Shown: positions 1-11,765, counted from the stretch's first letter. The stretch is 64,000 nt of DNA from an uncultured Gemmatimonadales bacterium (GCA_963701965.1 OY969695.1:3936001-4000000), one strand, 5' to 3'. Numbers and translations are program-made. The notes: a model not told the origin generated them from the sequence alone.

Positions 1-116
1 AATTCGACATCGTCGGCCACGGTGATCGCGGTCGATGGGTTGAACCCGCCGGGAGGAGGGGGGAACCGGCGGTGTTCGTGCAGGAGAACGTCGATGTCGG
101 TCGTGCGATCGGCCAT
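1..116 (-). CDS. Partial CDS (N-terminus), probably acetyl-CoA synthetase; runs off the window
   Basis: Manual translation from ATG at 116: MADRTTDIDVLLHEHRRFPPPPGGF, resembling the I-x-x-LL-x-E-x-R-x-FPP N-terminus of acetate-CoA ligases. Only 38 codons are visible. Confidence 0.45.
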   Translation of the reverse strand, partial: MADRTTDIDVLLHEHRRFPPPPGGFNPSTAITVADDVE

Positions 117-215
117 GCCCCCGAAATCTCGCATCGCCGCCCGGTCTCTGCCACGACGACGGCAACTCGTAGGGATTTCTCATCTTACCCGCGCCCGTCG
201 TAGATTCCCCAGGCT

Positions 216-923
216 GTGCCACCCGCCATCGTCGCCGACCACCTCTCGCGCCGCTTTGGCCGTCGCTGGGCGTTGGCCGGTGTGAGTCTCTCGGTCGATG
301 CCGGCGACTGTCTGGCGGTGTTTGGACCGAACGGCGCCGGCAAAACGACGCTCCTCCGTGTGTTGGCTGGACTGCTCGTGCCCACTGGGGGCACCGCCAG
401 CGTCGCCGGGATCGCCCTGCCGGGCGGCGCGTCGCTGCGCGCGGCCGTGGGGCTGATCTCCCATCAGTCGATGTTGTATCCGGAGTTGACCGCGCGCGAG
501 AACGTCGAGTTTTCGGCGCGCCTGTATGGGGTACCGGATCCCCGCGCCGCCGCCGACCTGGCGCTCGATCGCATGCTGGTGCTCGACCGGGCCGACACGC
601 CGGTCCGCCAGCTCAGTCGCGGACTGGCCCAACGGGTGTCGATCGCGCGGGCGTTCGTCCACAACCCGAGCGTGGTGTTGCTCGACGAGCCATTCACCGG
701 ACTCGACGCGCCCGGCGCCCGCGCGCTCGCCGATGCCCTGGGCGCGCTGTCGCGCGCCGGCGCGGCGTTGATGCTCGTCACGCACAACATCGATGAAGGG
801 TTCGCGCTGGCCACGCGGGTCGCCGTACTGCGGGATGGGGCGTTCGTGCGCGATGAGCCGGCCGCTGGTCTTGACCAGGCCGCGTTTGCCCGGTGGTACC
901 GCAATGACGGACGTGGGACATGA
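216..923 (+). CDS. ccmA: Heme ABC exporter ATP-binding protein CcmA
   Basis: Walker A GPNGAGKT, signature LSRG, Walker B LLLDEP-like; adjacent to ccmB and ccmC. Confidence 0.9.
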   Translation: MPPAIVADHLSRRFGRRWALAGVSLSVDAGDCLAVFGPNGAGKTTLLRVLAGLLVPTGGTASVAGIALPGGASLRAAVGLISHQSMLYPELTARENVEFSARLYGVPDPRAAADLALDRMLVLDRADTPVRQLSRGLAQRVSIARAFVHNPSVVLLDEPFTGLDAPGARALADALGALSRAGAALMLVTHNIDEGFALATRVAVLRDGAFVRDEPAAGLDQAAFARWYRNDGRGT

Positions 924-1612
924 CGCGCCGGCCGCCGGGACTGATCGCCGCGGCGCTGCTCATCGCCCGGAAAGACCTCACGGTCGAGTTCCGCAACCGC
1001 AGCGCGTTCTTCTCGGCGGCGATCTTCGCCGTGCTGAGCGCCACGATTTTTTTCTTTGCCTGGGACCCGACCGCGGTCGGCCCTGGCGACTTGGCGCCCG
1101 GGGTGCTGTGGGTCATTTTTACGTTCTCGGGGTTGCTCGGCTTGCACCGCTCATTCGGAGCCGAGTCGGCCGACCGGGCGATTGACGGCCTGTTGGTCGC
1201 GCCGATCGAGCGGGAAGCCATCTTTCTCGGCAAGGCGATCGGGAACCTTGTGTTCGTCCTCGGCGTCCAGATCCTCACGATCCCCGCGGTCGGTCTCCTC
1301 TATCAGGTGCCGCTGCTCGGCATCGCGTGGCCACTGGCGGGCATCGCGCTCCTGGCGGCGATCGGCCTCGTCGTCGTCGGCACGCTGTTCAGCGCCATGA
1401 CGGTGAATACCCGGTTTGCCGAGCTGCTCCTTCCGGTGCTGTCGCTCCCGTTCTTCGTGCCGATCGTCATCGCGGCGGCGCAAGCCACGGCGCGACTTCT
1501 GAGCGGCCGCCCGGTGAGTGAGGTCAGCGGTTTTCTACAGCTGCTCGCGGCGTTCGATCTCGTCTTCGTGGCCGCGTGCACGGTGGCGTTCCCCTATATA
1601 CTGGAACGATGA
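920..1612 (+). CDS. ccmB: Heme exporter permease CcmB
   Basis: KDLTVEFR N-terminus, PGVLW, ELLLPVLSLP; multiple TM helices; ATGA overlap with ccmA. Confidence 0.9.
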   Translation: MTRRPPGLIAAALLIARKDLTVEFRNRSAFFSAAIFAVLSATIFFFAWDPTAVGPGDLAPGVLWVIFTFSGLLGLHRSFGAESADRAIDGLLVAPIEREAIFLGKAIGNLVFVLGVQILTIPAVGLLYQVPLLGIAWPLAGIALLAAIGLVVVGTLFSAMTVNTRFAELLLPVLSLPFFVPIVIAAAQATARLLSGRPVSEVSGFLQLLAAFDLVFVAACTVAFPYILER

Positions 1613-2295
1613 TCACCATGGAACGGACGCGGTTGTGGCCTTTCGATCTGACGGCGGTGCTCGCCGCGCTGGCCCTTATCGCCCTGGGAGTGTTGGCGGT
1701 CCTGTACACGCCGGTCGAGGCGGCACAGGGACCCGCCCAAAAGATCTTCTACGTGCACGCGCCGACGGCGTTCGTCGCGCTGTATGTCGCCTTTCCCATC
1801 ATGGCGCTCACCAGCGCGGTCTACCTGTGGCTCCATGACGAGCGCCTCGATCTCGTGGCCGAGAGCTCGGCGGAGGTCGGGCTCGCCTTCACCAGCGTCG
1901 TGCTCACGACCGGGCCGATTTGGGGGCGCACGGTCTGGGGCGCCTGGTGGACGTGGGACGCCCGCCTGACCTCCACGCTGTTTCTGTGGTTCCTGATTGC
2001 CGGCTACTTGGTGTTGCGCGGTGCCATCGAGGACCGGGCCATGCGCGCGCGCTACTCCGCGGTCCTCGCCCTTCTCGCCGTGCCGTTGATCATCTTCATT
2101 CACATCAGCGTCTATCTCTTCCGGACGCTGCATCCCATGCCGATCGTGCTCAAACCGTCGGCGCCGTCGCTTCCTGGCGAGATGCTGCGCACGATGCTCT
2201 TCGGGTTTGTCACCATGCTCTTGCTCTACGTGGCGCTCCTCCGGGCCCGATACCGTCTCGCGCTCGCGCGCGCCCAGGCCGAGGACCCGGTATGA
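1609..2295 (+). CDS. ccmC: Heme exporter / cytochrome c biogenesis protein CcmC
   Basis: KIFYVHAP, WWD motif TGPIWGRTVWGAWWTWDARLT, RTLHP; ATG at 1609 overlaps the ccmB stop. Confidence 0.93.
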   Translation: MITMERTRLWPFDLTAVLAALALIALGVLAVLYTPVEAAQGPAQKIFYVHAPTAFVALYVAFPIMALTSAVYLWLHDERLDLVAESSAEVGLAFTSVVLTTGPIWGRTVWGAWWTWDARLTSTLFLWFLIAGYLVLRGAIEDRAMRARYSAVLALLAVPLIIFIHISVYLFRTLHPMPIVLKPSAPSLPGEMLRTMLFGFVTMLLLYVALLRARYRLALARAQAEDPV

Positions 2296-2401
2296 CTCCC
2301 GAGAATGTCGCGTATCTCGAAGCGGCGTACATCATCGCCGCGGTGATCTATGGTCTGTATGCGCTCAGCATCGGTGGCGCGGACGGCGCTTTCGGCGGTG
2401 A
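2292..2401 (+). CDS. ccmD: Small CcmD-like protein with one apparent frameshift near 2372
   Basis: MTPENVAYLEAAYIIAAVIYGLYALSI (one TM helix), then a basic tail WRGRRFRR* in another frame; coupled to ccmC (ATGA) and cobA (GTGA). Confidence 0.6.
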
Positions 2402-3906
2402 CCGCGGTCCGCGGCACCGTCTACCTGGTGGGCGCGGGGCCCGGTGATCCTGGTCTCCTCACGCTCCGCGCGCACGCGCTACTGGAGAGTTGCCAGGCCG
2501 TGGTCTACGACGCGCTGGCCAATCCTCGACTGGTCGCCCAGGTGCCGGAACGACACGCCGTGGGCAAGCGCGGAGGAGACGACACCTCGGCGGCGCAGGC
2601 CGACATCAACGCGCTGCTGGTGAGACTGGCGCGGGAAGGGAAGAGCGTCGTCCGACTCAAGGGCGGCGATCCACTGGTGTTCGGACGCGGCGGAGAGGAG
2701 GCGCTCGCGCTCGCCGCGGCCAGCATCCCGTTCGAGATCGTGCCGGGCGTCACGGCGGGCGTTGCCGCGCCGGCTTACGCTGGCATCCCCGTCACGCACC
2801 GGGGCGTCGCCACCGCGGTGACCTTCGTGACGGGAAGCGAAGATCCCGCCAAGCCCGACGCGCAGACGGATTGGCGCGCGCTGGCCCGCGCCGGCGGCAC
2901 GTTGGTTCTGTACATGGGCGTGCGCCGATTGCGCGAGATCGCCGCCGCGTTGGTCGAGGGAGGGCGGAGCCCGGGCACGCCCGCGGCAGCCATCCAGTGG
3001 GGGACGCTCCCCGCCCAGCGCACGGTGATCAGCACGCTGGCCCAGCTCGCCGACCAGGTTGAAACGGCCGGGCTGACGGCGCCGGTCATCACCATCATCG
3101 GCGACACCGTCGGTCTGCGCGAGCAGATCGCGTGGTTCGAGCGACGGCCTTTGTTTGGCCGCCGTGTCGTCGTCACCCGCGCCACGGCGCGGGCTGGCGC
3201 GCTGGCCGACCAGCTCCGTGATCAGGGCGCCGAAGTACTGGCGATGCCCGCGACGCGGATCGAACCGCTCGATCCCCATCTCCTGCGCGACGTCATGGAT
3301 CGCCTGTCGACCTACGACCACCTGATCGTCACCAGCCAAACGACCGTTGACGTGCTCTGGGAGGCGCTCCGCGACGCCAAGCTCGACGCCCGGGCGCTCG
3401 CCGACCTCACCATCAGCGCCATCGGCCCCGCGACCGCGGAAGCGTTGCGGGCCATCGGCATCGTGCCCGACATCGTACCCGATCGCGCGGTGGCCGAGCG
3501 TATTGTCGCCGCGCTCGAGGCGCGGGGAGGGATGCGGCGCGCGCGGGTGTTGTTTCCGTGTGCCGAGGGAGCGCGCGACATTGTCGCCAAAGGCCTCACG
3601 GCCCTGGGCGCCATTGTCGACGTCGTCCCCGCGTACCGGTCCGTGGCCGATGGCGTCGACGCCGCGCCACTCCGGGAGGCACTGGCCGACGGCCGGATCG
3701 ACCTGGTGACGTTCACGTCCGCTTCGACGGTGCACGGATATGTGGAGGCCGTTGGCGCCGACCTGGCCCGCCGCGCGGTCGCCGCGAGCATCGGTCCCAT
3801 CACCAGCGACGCGGCGCGCGCCGCCGGGATCGACGTCGTTGTCGAGTCACCCGTCGCGTCGATCGACGCATTCGTCGGCGCCATTGCCGCGCACTATGCC
3901 GGTTAG
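2398..3906 (+). CDS. cobA: Uroporphyrinogen-III C-methyltransferase / uroporphyrinogen-III synthase fusion (CobA-HemD)
   Basis: VYLVGAGPGDPGLLT, RLKGGDP, VPGVTA; C-terminal HemD domain (PLFGRRVVVTR, FTSASTV, SIGPIT). Confidence 0.92.
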   Translation: MTAVRGTVYLVGAGPGDPGLLTLRAHALLESCQAVVYDALANPRLVAQVPERHAVGKRGGDDTSAAQADINALLVRLAREGKSVVRLKGGDPLVFGRGGEEALALAAASIPFEIVPGVTAGVAAPAYAGIPVTHRGVATAVTFVTGSEDPAKPDAQTDWRALARAGGTLVLYMGVRRLREIAAALVEGGRSPGTPAAAIQWGTLPAQRTVISTLAQLADQVETAGLTAPVITIIGDTVGLREQIAWFERRPLFGRRVVVTRATARAGALADQLRDQGAEVLAMPATRIEPLDPHLLRDVMDRLSTYDHLIVTSQTTVDVLWEALRDAKLDARALADLTISAIGPATAEALRAIGIVPDIVPDRAVAERIVAALEARGGMRRARVLFPCAEGARDIVAKGLTALGAIVDVVPAYRSVADGVDAAPLREALADGRIDLVTFTSASTVHGYVEAVGADLARRAVAASIGPITSDAARAAGIDVVVESPVASIDAFVGAIAAHYAG

Positions 3907-4837
3907 GATCGGCACGCGGGTGTCGGCGTTGGCGCTGGAGCAAGCGCGACTCGTCCTGGTCGCGCTGGCGGCGCGTGGCGTCCCGGCCGAATTGGTGCAG
4001 TTCACGACGACCGGGGACCAGCGCCTCGACGCGCCGCTCCGGGGCATTGGCGCCAAGGGCCTGTTCACGAAGGAGTTGGAGGTGGCCCTCGCCGACGGCG
4101 CGATCGACTGCGCCGTGCATTCGCTCAAGGATCTGCCCACCGAATCGCCGGCCGGGCTGGCGGTGGTCGCCGTTCTGGCCCGCGAGGACCCCCGCGATGT
4201 GGTGGTCGTCGGGCCGGCCGTGGCCGCCGTCGGCCTCGCCGGTCTCCCGGCGCACGCGCGCGTCGGAACGTCGAGTCTGCGGCGCCGGGCGCAGCTTCGG
4301 GCGCTACGGCCCGACCTCGATGTCGTCGAGCTGCGCGGCAACGTGCCCACGCGGCTGCGCAAGGTCGACGAAGGACAGGTCGCCGCCGCCATCCTCGCCG
4401 CTGCCGGCCTCCACCGACTCGGCGCCCAAGCGCGCATTACGGCGTACTTGGATACGCCGGGGTGGCTCCCCGCCGCGGGTCAGGGGGCGATCGCCGTACA
4501 GGCGCGGGTCGCGGATGCCGCCCTCTTGTCGGCGTTGGGCCCGCTCAACGATCCGGCGACGTTGACCGCGGTGACCGCCGAACGGGCGTTCCTTGCTGCG
4601 CTCGACGGCGGGTGTCAGGTCCCGATCGGCGCCGCCGTGCTCGGCGACACGCTGTACGGGATGATCGCCGACATCGACGGGCGCCGCGTGCTCCGGGGCC
4701 AGTCCCCGCTCGACCGCGCGGATCCGGCGGCCGCCGGCGTGGCGCTCGCCGACCGCTTGCGCGGCGAGGGCGCGACCGACATCCTGCGCGCGCTCCGCGC
4801 CGACCAGGCCGACCTGCCCGCGCCGCAGCCGGAGTAA
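3896..4837 (+). CDS. hemC: Hydroxymethylbilane synthase (porphobilinogen deaminase)
   Basis: RIGTR..LA..Q, KGLFTKELE, AVHSLKD, GTSSLRR, LRGNVPTR, LDGGCQVPIG. Confidence 0.95.
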   Translation: MPVRIGTRVSALALEQARLVLVALAARGVPAELVQFTTTGDQRLDAPLRGIGAKGLFTKELEVALADGAIDCAVHSLKDLPTESPAGLAVVAVLAREDPRDVVVVGPAVAAVGLAGLPAHARVGTSSLRRRAQLRALRPDLDVVELRGNVPTRLRKVDEGQVAAAILAAAGLHRLGAQARITAYLDTPGWLPAAGQGAIAVQARVADAALLSALGPLNDPATLTAVTAERAFLAALDGGCQVPIGAAVLGDTLYGMIADIDGRRVLRGQSPLDRADPAAAGVALADRLRGEGATDILRALRADQADLPAPQPE

Positions 4838-4846
4838 GTTTCGACC

Positions 4847-5830
4847 ATGATCGTGCCGACCGTCCGGCCGCGCCGCCTGCGGCGTTCCGCGGCGCTCCGA
4901 CGCCTGGTGCGCGAGACGCATCTCGACGCCGCGCAGCTCGTCCTGCCCGTTTTCGTGCGCCTGGGCGCGAACGTCCGCCAGCCCGTGGCCTCGATGCCCG
5001 GCGTCGCCCAGACGTCGGTCGACGAGATGCTGCGGGACGCGAGCGCCGCGGCCGATGCCGGCGTGGGCGGTGTGATCCTGTTCGGGCTGCCCGAGTCGAA
5101 GGACGCGGTGGGGTCCGAGGCGTGGGACGAGCACGGCGCGGTGCAGCAAAGCGTGCGGGCTCTCAAGCGGGAGTTTCCCGAGCTCGTCGTGATCACCGAC
5201 GTGTGTCTGTGCGAGTATACCTCCCACGGCCACTGTGGCGTGCTCCGCGACGGGAACGTCGACAACGACGCCACGCTAGCCTTGCTGGCCCGGGCCGCGC
5301 TCTCGCATGCCGAGGCGGGAGCGGACATCGTGGCTCCCAGCGACATGATGGATGGCCGCATTGCCGCGATTCGCGAGGCGCTCGATGCGTCGGGCCACAC
5401 CGATACGGTCCTCTTGAGCTACGCCGCCAAGTACGCCTCGGCGTTTTACGGTCCGTTCCGCGAAGCCGCCGAGTCCACGCCGCAGACCGGCGATCGCCGC
5501 GGGTACCAGATGGACGCCGCCAACGGCGATGAGGCGCTCCGCGAAGTCGCGCTCGACATTGCGCAGGGCGCCGACGCCATCATGGTCAAGCCCGCCGGAC
5601 CCTATCTCGACATCGTGCGGCGCGTCAAAGACGCCACCGGGTACCCCGTCGCCGCCTATCAGGTGAGCGGCGAGTACGCCATGCTGTGCGCGGCCGCCGA
5701 GCGGGGGTGGCTCGATTGCGATCGCGCCATGATGGAGTCGTTGATCGGCATTCGGCGCGCGGGCGCCGATTTCATTCTGACCTATTTCGCCACGACGGCC
5801 GCGCGGCTGATCCGGCAGGGGTGGGAGTAA
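4847..5830 (+). CDS. hemB: Porphobilinogen synthase (ALA dehydratase)
   Basis: [20 protein letters not shown]n site, [29 protein letters not shown]. Confidence 0.96.
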   Translation: MIVPTVRPRRLRRSAALRRLVRETHLDAAQLVLPVFVRLGANVRQPVASMPGVAQTSVDEMLRDASAAADAGVGGVILFGLPESKDAVGSEAWDEHGAVQQSVRALKREFPELVVITDVCLCEYTSHGHCGVLRDGNVDNDATLALLARAALSHAEAGADIVAPSDMMDGRIAAIREALDASGHTDTVLLSYAAKYASAFYGPFREAAESTPQTGDRRGYQMDAANGDEALREVALDIAQGADAIMVKPAGPYLDIVRRVKDATGYPVAAYQVSGEYAMLCAAAERGWLDCDRAMMESLIGIRRAGADFILTYFATTAARLIRQGWE

Positions 5831-5831
5831 C

Positions 5832-6867
5832 ATGCGGTATCGCACGTTCCCGGGGACCGGCGTCACGGTCAGCGAGATCGGGTTCGGCAACTGGACGACG
5901 GCGACCGGCTGGTGGGGCGAGCACGACGATGCCTCGGCCGTCGCGCTGCATCGCCAGGCTCTGGACGACCACGGGATTACGTTCTTCGACACCGCCGATG
6001 CCTACGGCAACGGACGCGGTGAACGCCAACTCGCCGAAGCGTTTCGCGGCCGCCGCCCGGACGTCGTCTACGCCACGAAGATCGGGTACGACATTTATGA
6101 CGCCGAGGCGCTGCGCGCCCGGCGGGGCCAGTCCGAGCTGCCGATGCGGACGGACCCCGCGTATCTGCGTCATGCGGTCGAGCAGTGTTTGGGCCGGCTC
6201 GAGACCGACTACATTGACGTGCTGCAGATTCACAACGTGAAGATGGAGCACGTGCGCGACGCCCAGCTGTGGGACACGCTGCGCACGCTCAAGGCCGAGG
6301 GGAAGATCCGGGTGTGGGGCGCCGCGTTCGGTCCCGCGATCGGTTGGCTCTACGAGGCCGTCGAGCTGTGCGAGCGGGAGACGGACATCGGGATGATCCA
6401 GATGATCTGGAACGTGCTCGAGCAGCACCCCGGCACGGCGATGATCGACGCCGCCCGTCACACCGCGCCGGAGTGCGCGTTCACCGTGCGCGTGCCCCAC
6501 GCGTCGGGGATGCTCGAGGGGAAATACACCGAGGACACGGTGTTCCCGGAGAACGACCATCGGCGTCATCGGCCGCGCTCGTGGCTGATCAACGGCCTGC
6601 AGAAGATCCGGACGCTCGATTTTCTGACGACCGACCGGACGCTGGGGCAGGCCTCGTTGGGCCTGGCTCCTGCGCGAGCCATTGGTCGTGTCGGCGTTGC
6701 CGAACATTGACGACGCCGGGCAGCTCGCCGAGTTCGCGGCGGCGGCCGATCAGCCGGCGTTGTCCCCGGCGCAGCTCCAGCACGTGGCGGCGCTGGCCGA
6801 GAACAATTTCGGGGTGACGGAGCCGCCGATGGCGTACAAGGGCACCATGCAGCGGGCCGGCGTGTGA
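5832..6867 (+). CDS. Aldo/keto reductase with one apparent frameshift near 6660
   Basis: VSEIGFG, FFDTADAYGNG, LGRLETDYIDVLQIH; C-terminus (AWLLREPLVVSALPN...) continues in another frame after an extra G. Confidence 0.8.
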
Positions 6868-8550
6868 AAGGCTTCGCTCTCGGTGCGGCCCTCGTTCTGG
6901 CGGCCTGCGCTCCGCGCTCCGACGGGTATGATCTGATCATTGCCGGTGGGCACGTCGTGGACGGCACGGGGAATCCGTGGTTTACGGGCGACGTGGCCAT
7001 TCGCGGGGACCGCATTGTCCGCGTCGCGCCAGCCGGCGTCCTGGCCGGCGCGCCGGCGGCGCGGCGGATCGACGCCACCGGTCTGGTCGTCGCGCCGGGC
7101 ATCATCGACATCCAGGGCCAGTCCGATTCGGCCTTTCTCCTGGGCGATGGCCGGGTCGTCAGCAAGGTGACCCAAGGCATCACCACGGAGATCCTGGGCG
7201 AAGGCGACACGCCGGCGCCCGCGAATGCCCGGACCCTGGCGCTCGATGCCGCGAACGACACGACCATGGCCCGCGTGGACGCCGGGTTTGCCGGCACGCA
7301 TGGCTTCGATCGCTGGCTCACGGCCATGGGTCAGCACGGCATCTCCGGAGAACGTGGGCTCGTTCGTCGGCGCGGCCACGATCCGCAAGTATGGCAAGGG
7401 GGCCGACACGGGCGCGGCGACGCCGGCGCAGCTCGACACCATGCAGGCCGCCGTGCGGCGCGCGATGGTCGACGGCGCCTTCGGCCTCGGGAGCGCCTTG
7501 ATCTATCCGCCGGGCGCGTACGCGTCGACGGACGAGCTCATCGCCGAAGCCAAGGCGTCGTCCCCGTATCACGGCGTGTACATCACGCACATGCGGTCCG
7601 AAGGTGATCATTTGCTGGACGCCGTGGCCGAGGCGATGCGCATTGGTCGCGAAGGGAGCGTCCCGGTCGAGATCTATCACCTCAAGGCCGCCGGCGTCCG
7701 CAACTGGCCGCTCATGACAAAGGTCATCGCGGCCATCGACTCGGCCCGCGCCGCGGGACAGGACATCGGCGCCGACATGTATCCGTACGAAGCCGGAGCC
7801 ACCGCGCTCGTCGCCTGCCTGCCGCCCTGGAGCGCCGCGGGCGACAGCACGCTCGCCAACATCGCCGATCCGGCCACGCGGAAACGCATCACGGCGGACC
7901 TCTTGAACACGCACACGGCGTGGGAGAGCCTCTGCCAGCTGGCCACACCCCAAGGCGTGATGGTGGTGGGTCTCCGCGCGCCGGCCGACCAGCCGTACGA
8001 AGGGCTCCGCCTCGCCGAGATCGCGACCCGCGAGCACACGACGTGGACGGAGGCGCTCATGAACGTCGTGGCCCGCGAGAAGGGGCTGGCCGGGGCCGAA
8101 TTCTTCATCGCCAGCGAGAAGAACATCACGCTGCAGATGCAGCAGCCGTGGCTCAAGTTCGGCACGGACGCCGACGGCACGGACCCGGATTCGCTCAAAG
8201 GCCTGGCCCACCCCCGGAGCTACGGCGCGTATCCGCGCATCCTCGGCCGCTACGTGCGCGACCAGCACGTGCTCGGGCTGGAAGACGCGGTGCGCAAGAT
8301 GACGTCGGCGGTCGCCGAACGGCTGTCGATCTTCGACCGCGGCACGCTCCGCGAAGGGGCCTACGCGGACGTCATCGTCTTTGATCCGGCCACCGTCATC
8401 GACCGGGCCACGTACGACAAGCCGAATCAGATCTCGGTTGGCATGCGCGAGGTGTTGGTGAATGGCGTCGAGGTCGTGCGGGACGGCAAGCACACGGGCG
8501 CCAAGCCCGGCCGCGTCGTGCGCGGACCGGGCTACACTCCGCAGGCCTGA
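6864..8550 (+). CDS. N-acyl-D-amino acid deacylase (amidohydrolase family) lipoprotein with one apparent frameshift near 7346
   Basis: Lipobox LAAC, GGHVVDGTGNPW, IDATGLVVAPG, ITHMRSEG, IYHLK, FGTD, HPRSYG.YPR; two ORF halves join by removing one base. Confidence 0.82.
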
Positions 8551-8553
8551 CCG

Positions 8554-10646
8554 TTAGCGGGCGGCCGCGCGCTCCGACGTTCCCAGGTGCCGGTCGAAGT
8601 ACTCGGCGGCCGCGTTGAGCACCCGCACCCAACTCCGATAGAGGAGCAGATCGTGCACCTCATTGGGGATGATCATCTGCTCGAAATCGATGCCGTGCGC
8701 GCGGAGGCCCTCGATCAGCTCGGGCGCTTGCGCATACGGCACGTTGCGATCGTCATCGGCCTGGATCACGAGCACCGGTGAGCGCCAGTCCTTGATCGAG
8801 GCCATGGCCGAGGACTGCCAGGCCATGCGCGCGGGAGCGACCGTGGTGTCCGTGGGCGGCGGGAAGAGCATTGCCCGCCAATCGTGCACACCCGCGTAGT
8901 CCACGCCGGCGGCGTACAGATCGGAGAAGCGCGCCAGCGCCAAGGCGGTCATCAGCCCTCCGTAGCTCGCGCCCCACACGCCGAGCTTTCCCGGGTCGAC
9001 GTCCGCGCGGGTGCGGAGATAGAGGCCCGCGCCCTGGATGTCGTTGGCCTCGCTGGAGCCCGCGGGACCGAAGTCCGGTGGCCGGCGGAAGTTCAAGCCG
9101 TAGCCGATGCCGCCGCGATAGTTCACCGAGAGCACGACGTAGCCCCGGCTCGCCAGGTACTGATTCATGGCGTACATGTAGCTGTAGGCATCCATTCGGT
9201 GCCATCCCAGGAGCATTTGCCGGATGGGGCCCCCGTGGAAAAACACGATGGCCGGGTGTCGCGCGGCCGGTCCGTTCGGCACGAACAGTTGCCCGTGGAT
9301 CATGAGGCCGTCCGCCGACGAGAAGACCACCTGCTGCGGCACCACCAGCTTCGGCGCCGGGAAATCGGCCGGGATCGCGTCACTCGCCAGGTCGGTGATC
9401 TGGCCATTCGACGTCACGATCGCGACGTGCATCGGGCGTCGCGCATCGGACCGCAGGATCGCGGCGGCTTTGCCGTCGCTGATCCCGGCCGGATACGTCT
9501 CGATCCCCTGTCCTGGCGTCAACTCCGCCGGAGCGCCGCCCGATAGCGCGACCCGCCACACATGCTGGCGGTCGATGTCGCCGGCATTGCCGGCATAGAG
9601 CATGGCCGACCGGTCGGCCGTCATTGCCGCGGCGAAAATCTCGCACTCACCGCTGGTGAGCGCGACCGGCGCGCCGCCCCGCGCGGAAATCGCGTACAGC
9701 TGGAGCCAGCCCGTGCGCTCCCACGGGAACACAATGCGGTCGCCGGCGCCCCACGCCAGCTGCTGCTCGGACTGCAGGGGCTGAAAGATGCTGCCGGCCT
9801 GTTCGCCGGCGTGCCACAGCTCGTGCCCCTGACCCGTGGCCGCATCGGCGATCCAGATCGACCAGGGTCGCCCGGTGCGCGACTGCAGGAAGAAATCCTC
9901 GTGACCGACCGGTACGCGTACGAAGGCGAGGCGCGTCCCATCGGGCGACCACTCCGGGTGCGCGTCGCGGTCGACGCTGGGCGCCATCCAGACGACGGAC
10001 TTCTGTGCCACGTCGTAGACGCCGACGAGACTATGGTCGTTGCGCTGGCTCACAAACGCGAGGCGCGCCCCGTCCGGCGACCACGCCAACGAGAGCATGT
10101 GTCCCTTCTCGACGATGAGCGCCTCCGCCTTGCCACTGCCGTCCAGGTGCGCGGCCCAGATTTGCCCCTGGGCGAGATACGCGACCAGGTCCCCCTTGGG
10201 CGACACGGCGGGTGCGCGGCCGTCGCCGAGCTTCCTCGGCGTCGGATCCGAGACGGCAGCCGTCCAGAATGCTCTGGTCAATGTCGCCTTTGGGTGAGCT
10301 CAGGAGGTTCGTGCGGGTCCCGGCACCCAAGCTCCCGCGCACGTAGATCACCCGCTCGCCATCCGCGCTCCACGCCAGGTCACCGATCTCCTGGCCGTCA
10401 TCTCCGCTGTACGCGGTCAGGGCGCGGCCGTGATACGATCCATCGGCGGACGGCTCGGCGATCCAGACATTGCGGCTGCCTTTGGCGTCGAACACCCAGG
10501 CCACGCGGTTCTTGGCCGGTGCGGCGATGAGATCCGACGGGAACGGGGCGCTCAGCACCTGATCGATGGTGAATCCACGATCCTGCCCCGCGGCGATCGC
10601 TGGGGTCAACAGGACGCCGATAGCGAACCATTCTCGCGAGCTTCAT
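8554..10646 (-). CDS. S9 family (prolyl oligopeptidase-like) peptidase with TolB-like propeller; apparent frameshifts near 10622 and 10268
   Basis: FHGGP, NYRG, nucleophile GASYGG, DDRNV, NEVH; WSPDG repeats; N-terminus with signal peptide lies in two other frames; ATG at 10646 overlaps the upstream stop. Confidence 0.85.
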
Positions 10647-11765
10647 GTGAGCATCTCCTGGCGTACGGTCAGGTTCTCGATGCGATCGGCATCCACGGTC
10701 ACACCGAGACCGGGTCGATCGAGTGGTACGTGCACCATTCCTTCGGCGTCCATCGTCCACTCCGGCGTGACGACGTCACGTTCCCAATATCGCGCGCTGG
10801 GACTCAGGTCGCCGGGCAGTGAAAAATTGGGCAATGAGGCCAGCGCCACGTTGTACGCCCGCCCAATGCCGCTCTCCAGCATGCCGCCGCACCACACCGG
10901 GATGTCCGAGCGCTGACACAGATCATGAATCGCGCGCGCGGCGGCGAAGCCGCCCACGCGGCCGGGCTTGATATTGACAATGCGGCCGCTGCCGAGGGTG
11001 ATCATGTCCTCGGCGCGGTCGAGGCTCGTGATCGACTCGTCGAGGCACAGGCGCGTCCGCAGGCGCCGTTGGAGCGCGGCGTGCCGCACCAGATCGTCCT
11101 GGCCAAGCGGTTGCTCGATCATCAGGAGATTGAACGCGTCCAGCTCCGCCAGGTGATCCGCGTCGCCAATGGTGTAGGCCGAGTTGGCGTCGACCATGAT
11201 GTCGGCCTGGGGCCCAAGCGCGTGGCGAACGGCGGCCACGTAGGCGAGATCTTTGCCCGGCGCGATCTTGAGTTTGATCTTCTGGTAGTGCGCGTCGCGC
11301 GCGGCGCACGCGCGCGCGACCAAGGCGTCGGGCGTGGCTTGGATGCCGAGGGAAATGCCCGTGACGACGCGGTCGCGGGTGCCGCCCAGGAGACGAGAGA
11401 GGGGCACGTCCGCGCGCAGCGCGGCGAGAGCCCAGGCGCCCATCTCCACCGTGGCCTTCGCCATGTTGTGCCCGCGGAAGTCGCGATCGAGCGCGACCGA
11501 TACGTGCGCAGGGTCGGGAAACGCGGTGTGGAGGACGCGGGGCGCGATCCATTCGCGGATCGCGTACCACGCCGTGTCGATCGTCTCCGCCGTGTACATT
11601 CGGTTGGTCGAACGCGACGCATTCGGCCCAGACCGAGGCGCCGTCGCCATCGGCGATCTCCAGCACGAGAATGCGGCGCTCGCTGACGACGCCGCACGAG
11701 ATGCGGAATGGTTCCTTGAGCGCGAGGCGGATCTCGCGGAGGGCGAGCTGTTCGATCTGGAACAT
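10643..11765 (-). CDS. menC: o-succinylbenzoate synthase / N-succinylamino acid racemase (NSAR/OSBS, enolase superfamily) with one apparent frameshift near 11597
   Basis: EPFRIS, KIKLKI, MVDANSAY, IEQP, CLDES, NIKPGRVGG, WCGGMLE, PGDLSPS (typical of the NSAR/OSBS subfamily). Confidence 0.85.

Noticed and set aside
10643..11765. Menaquinone biosynthesis operon
   Set aside because: No menF/D/H/E/B/A genes nearby; the GNAT neighbour points to a racemase role
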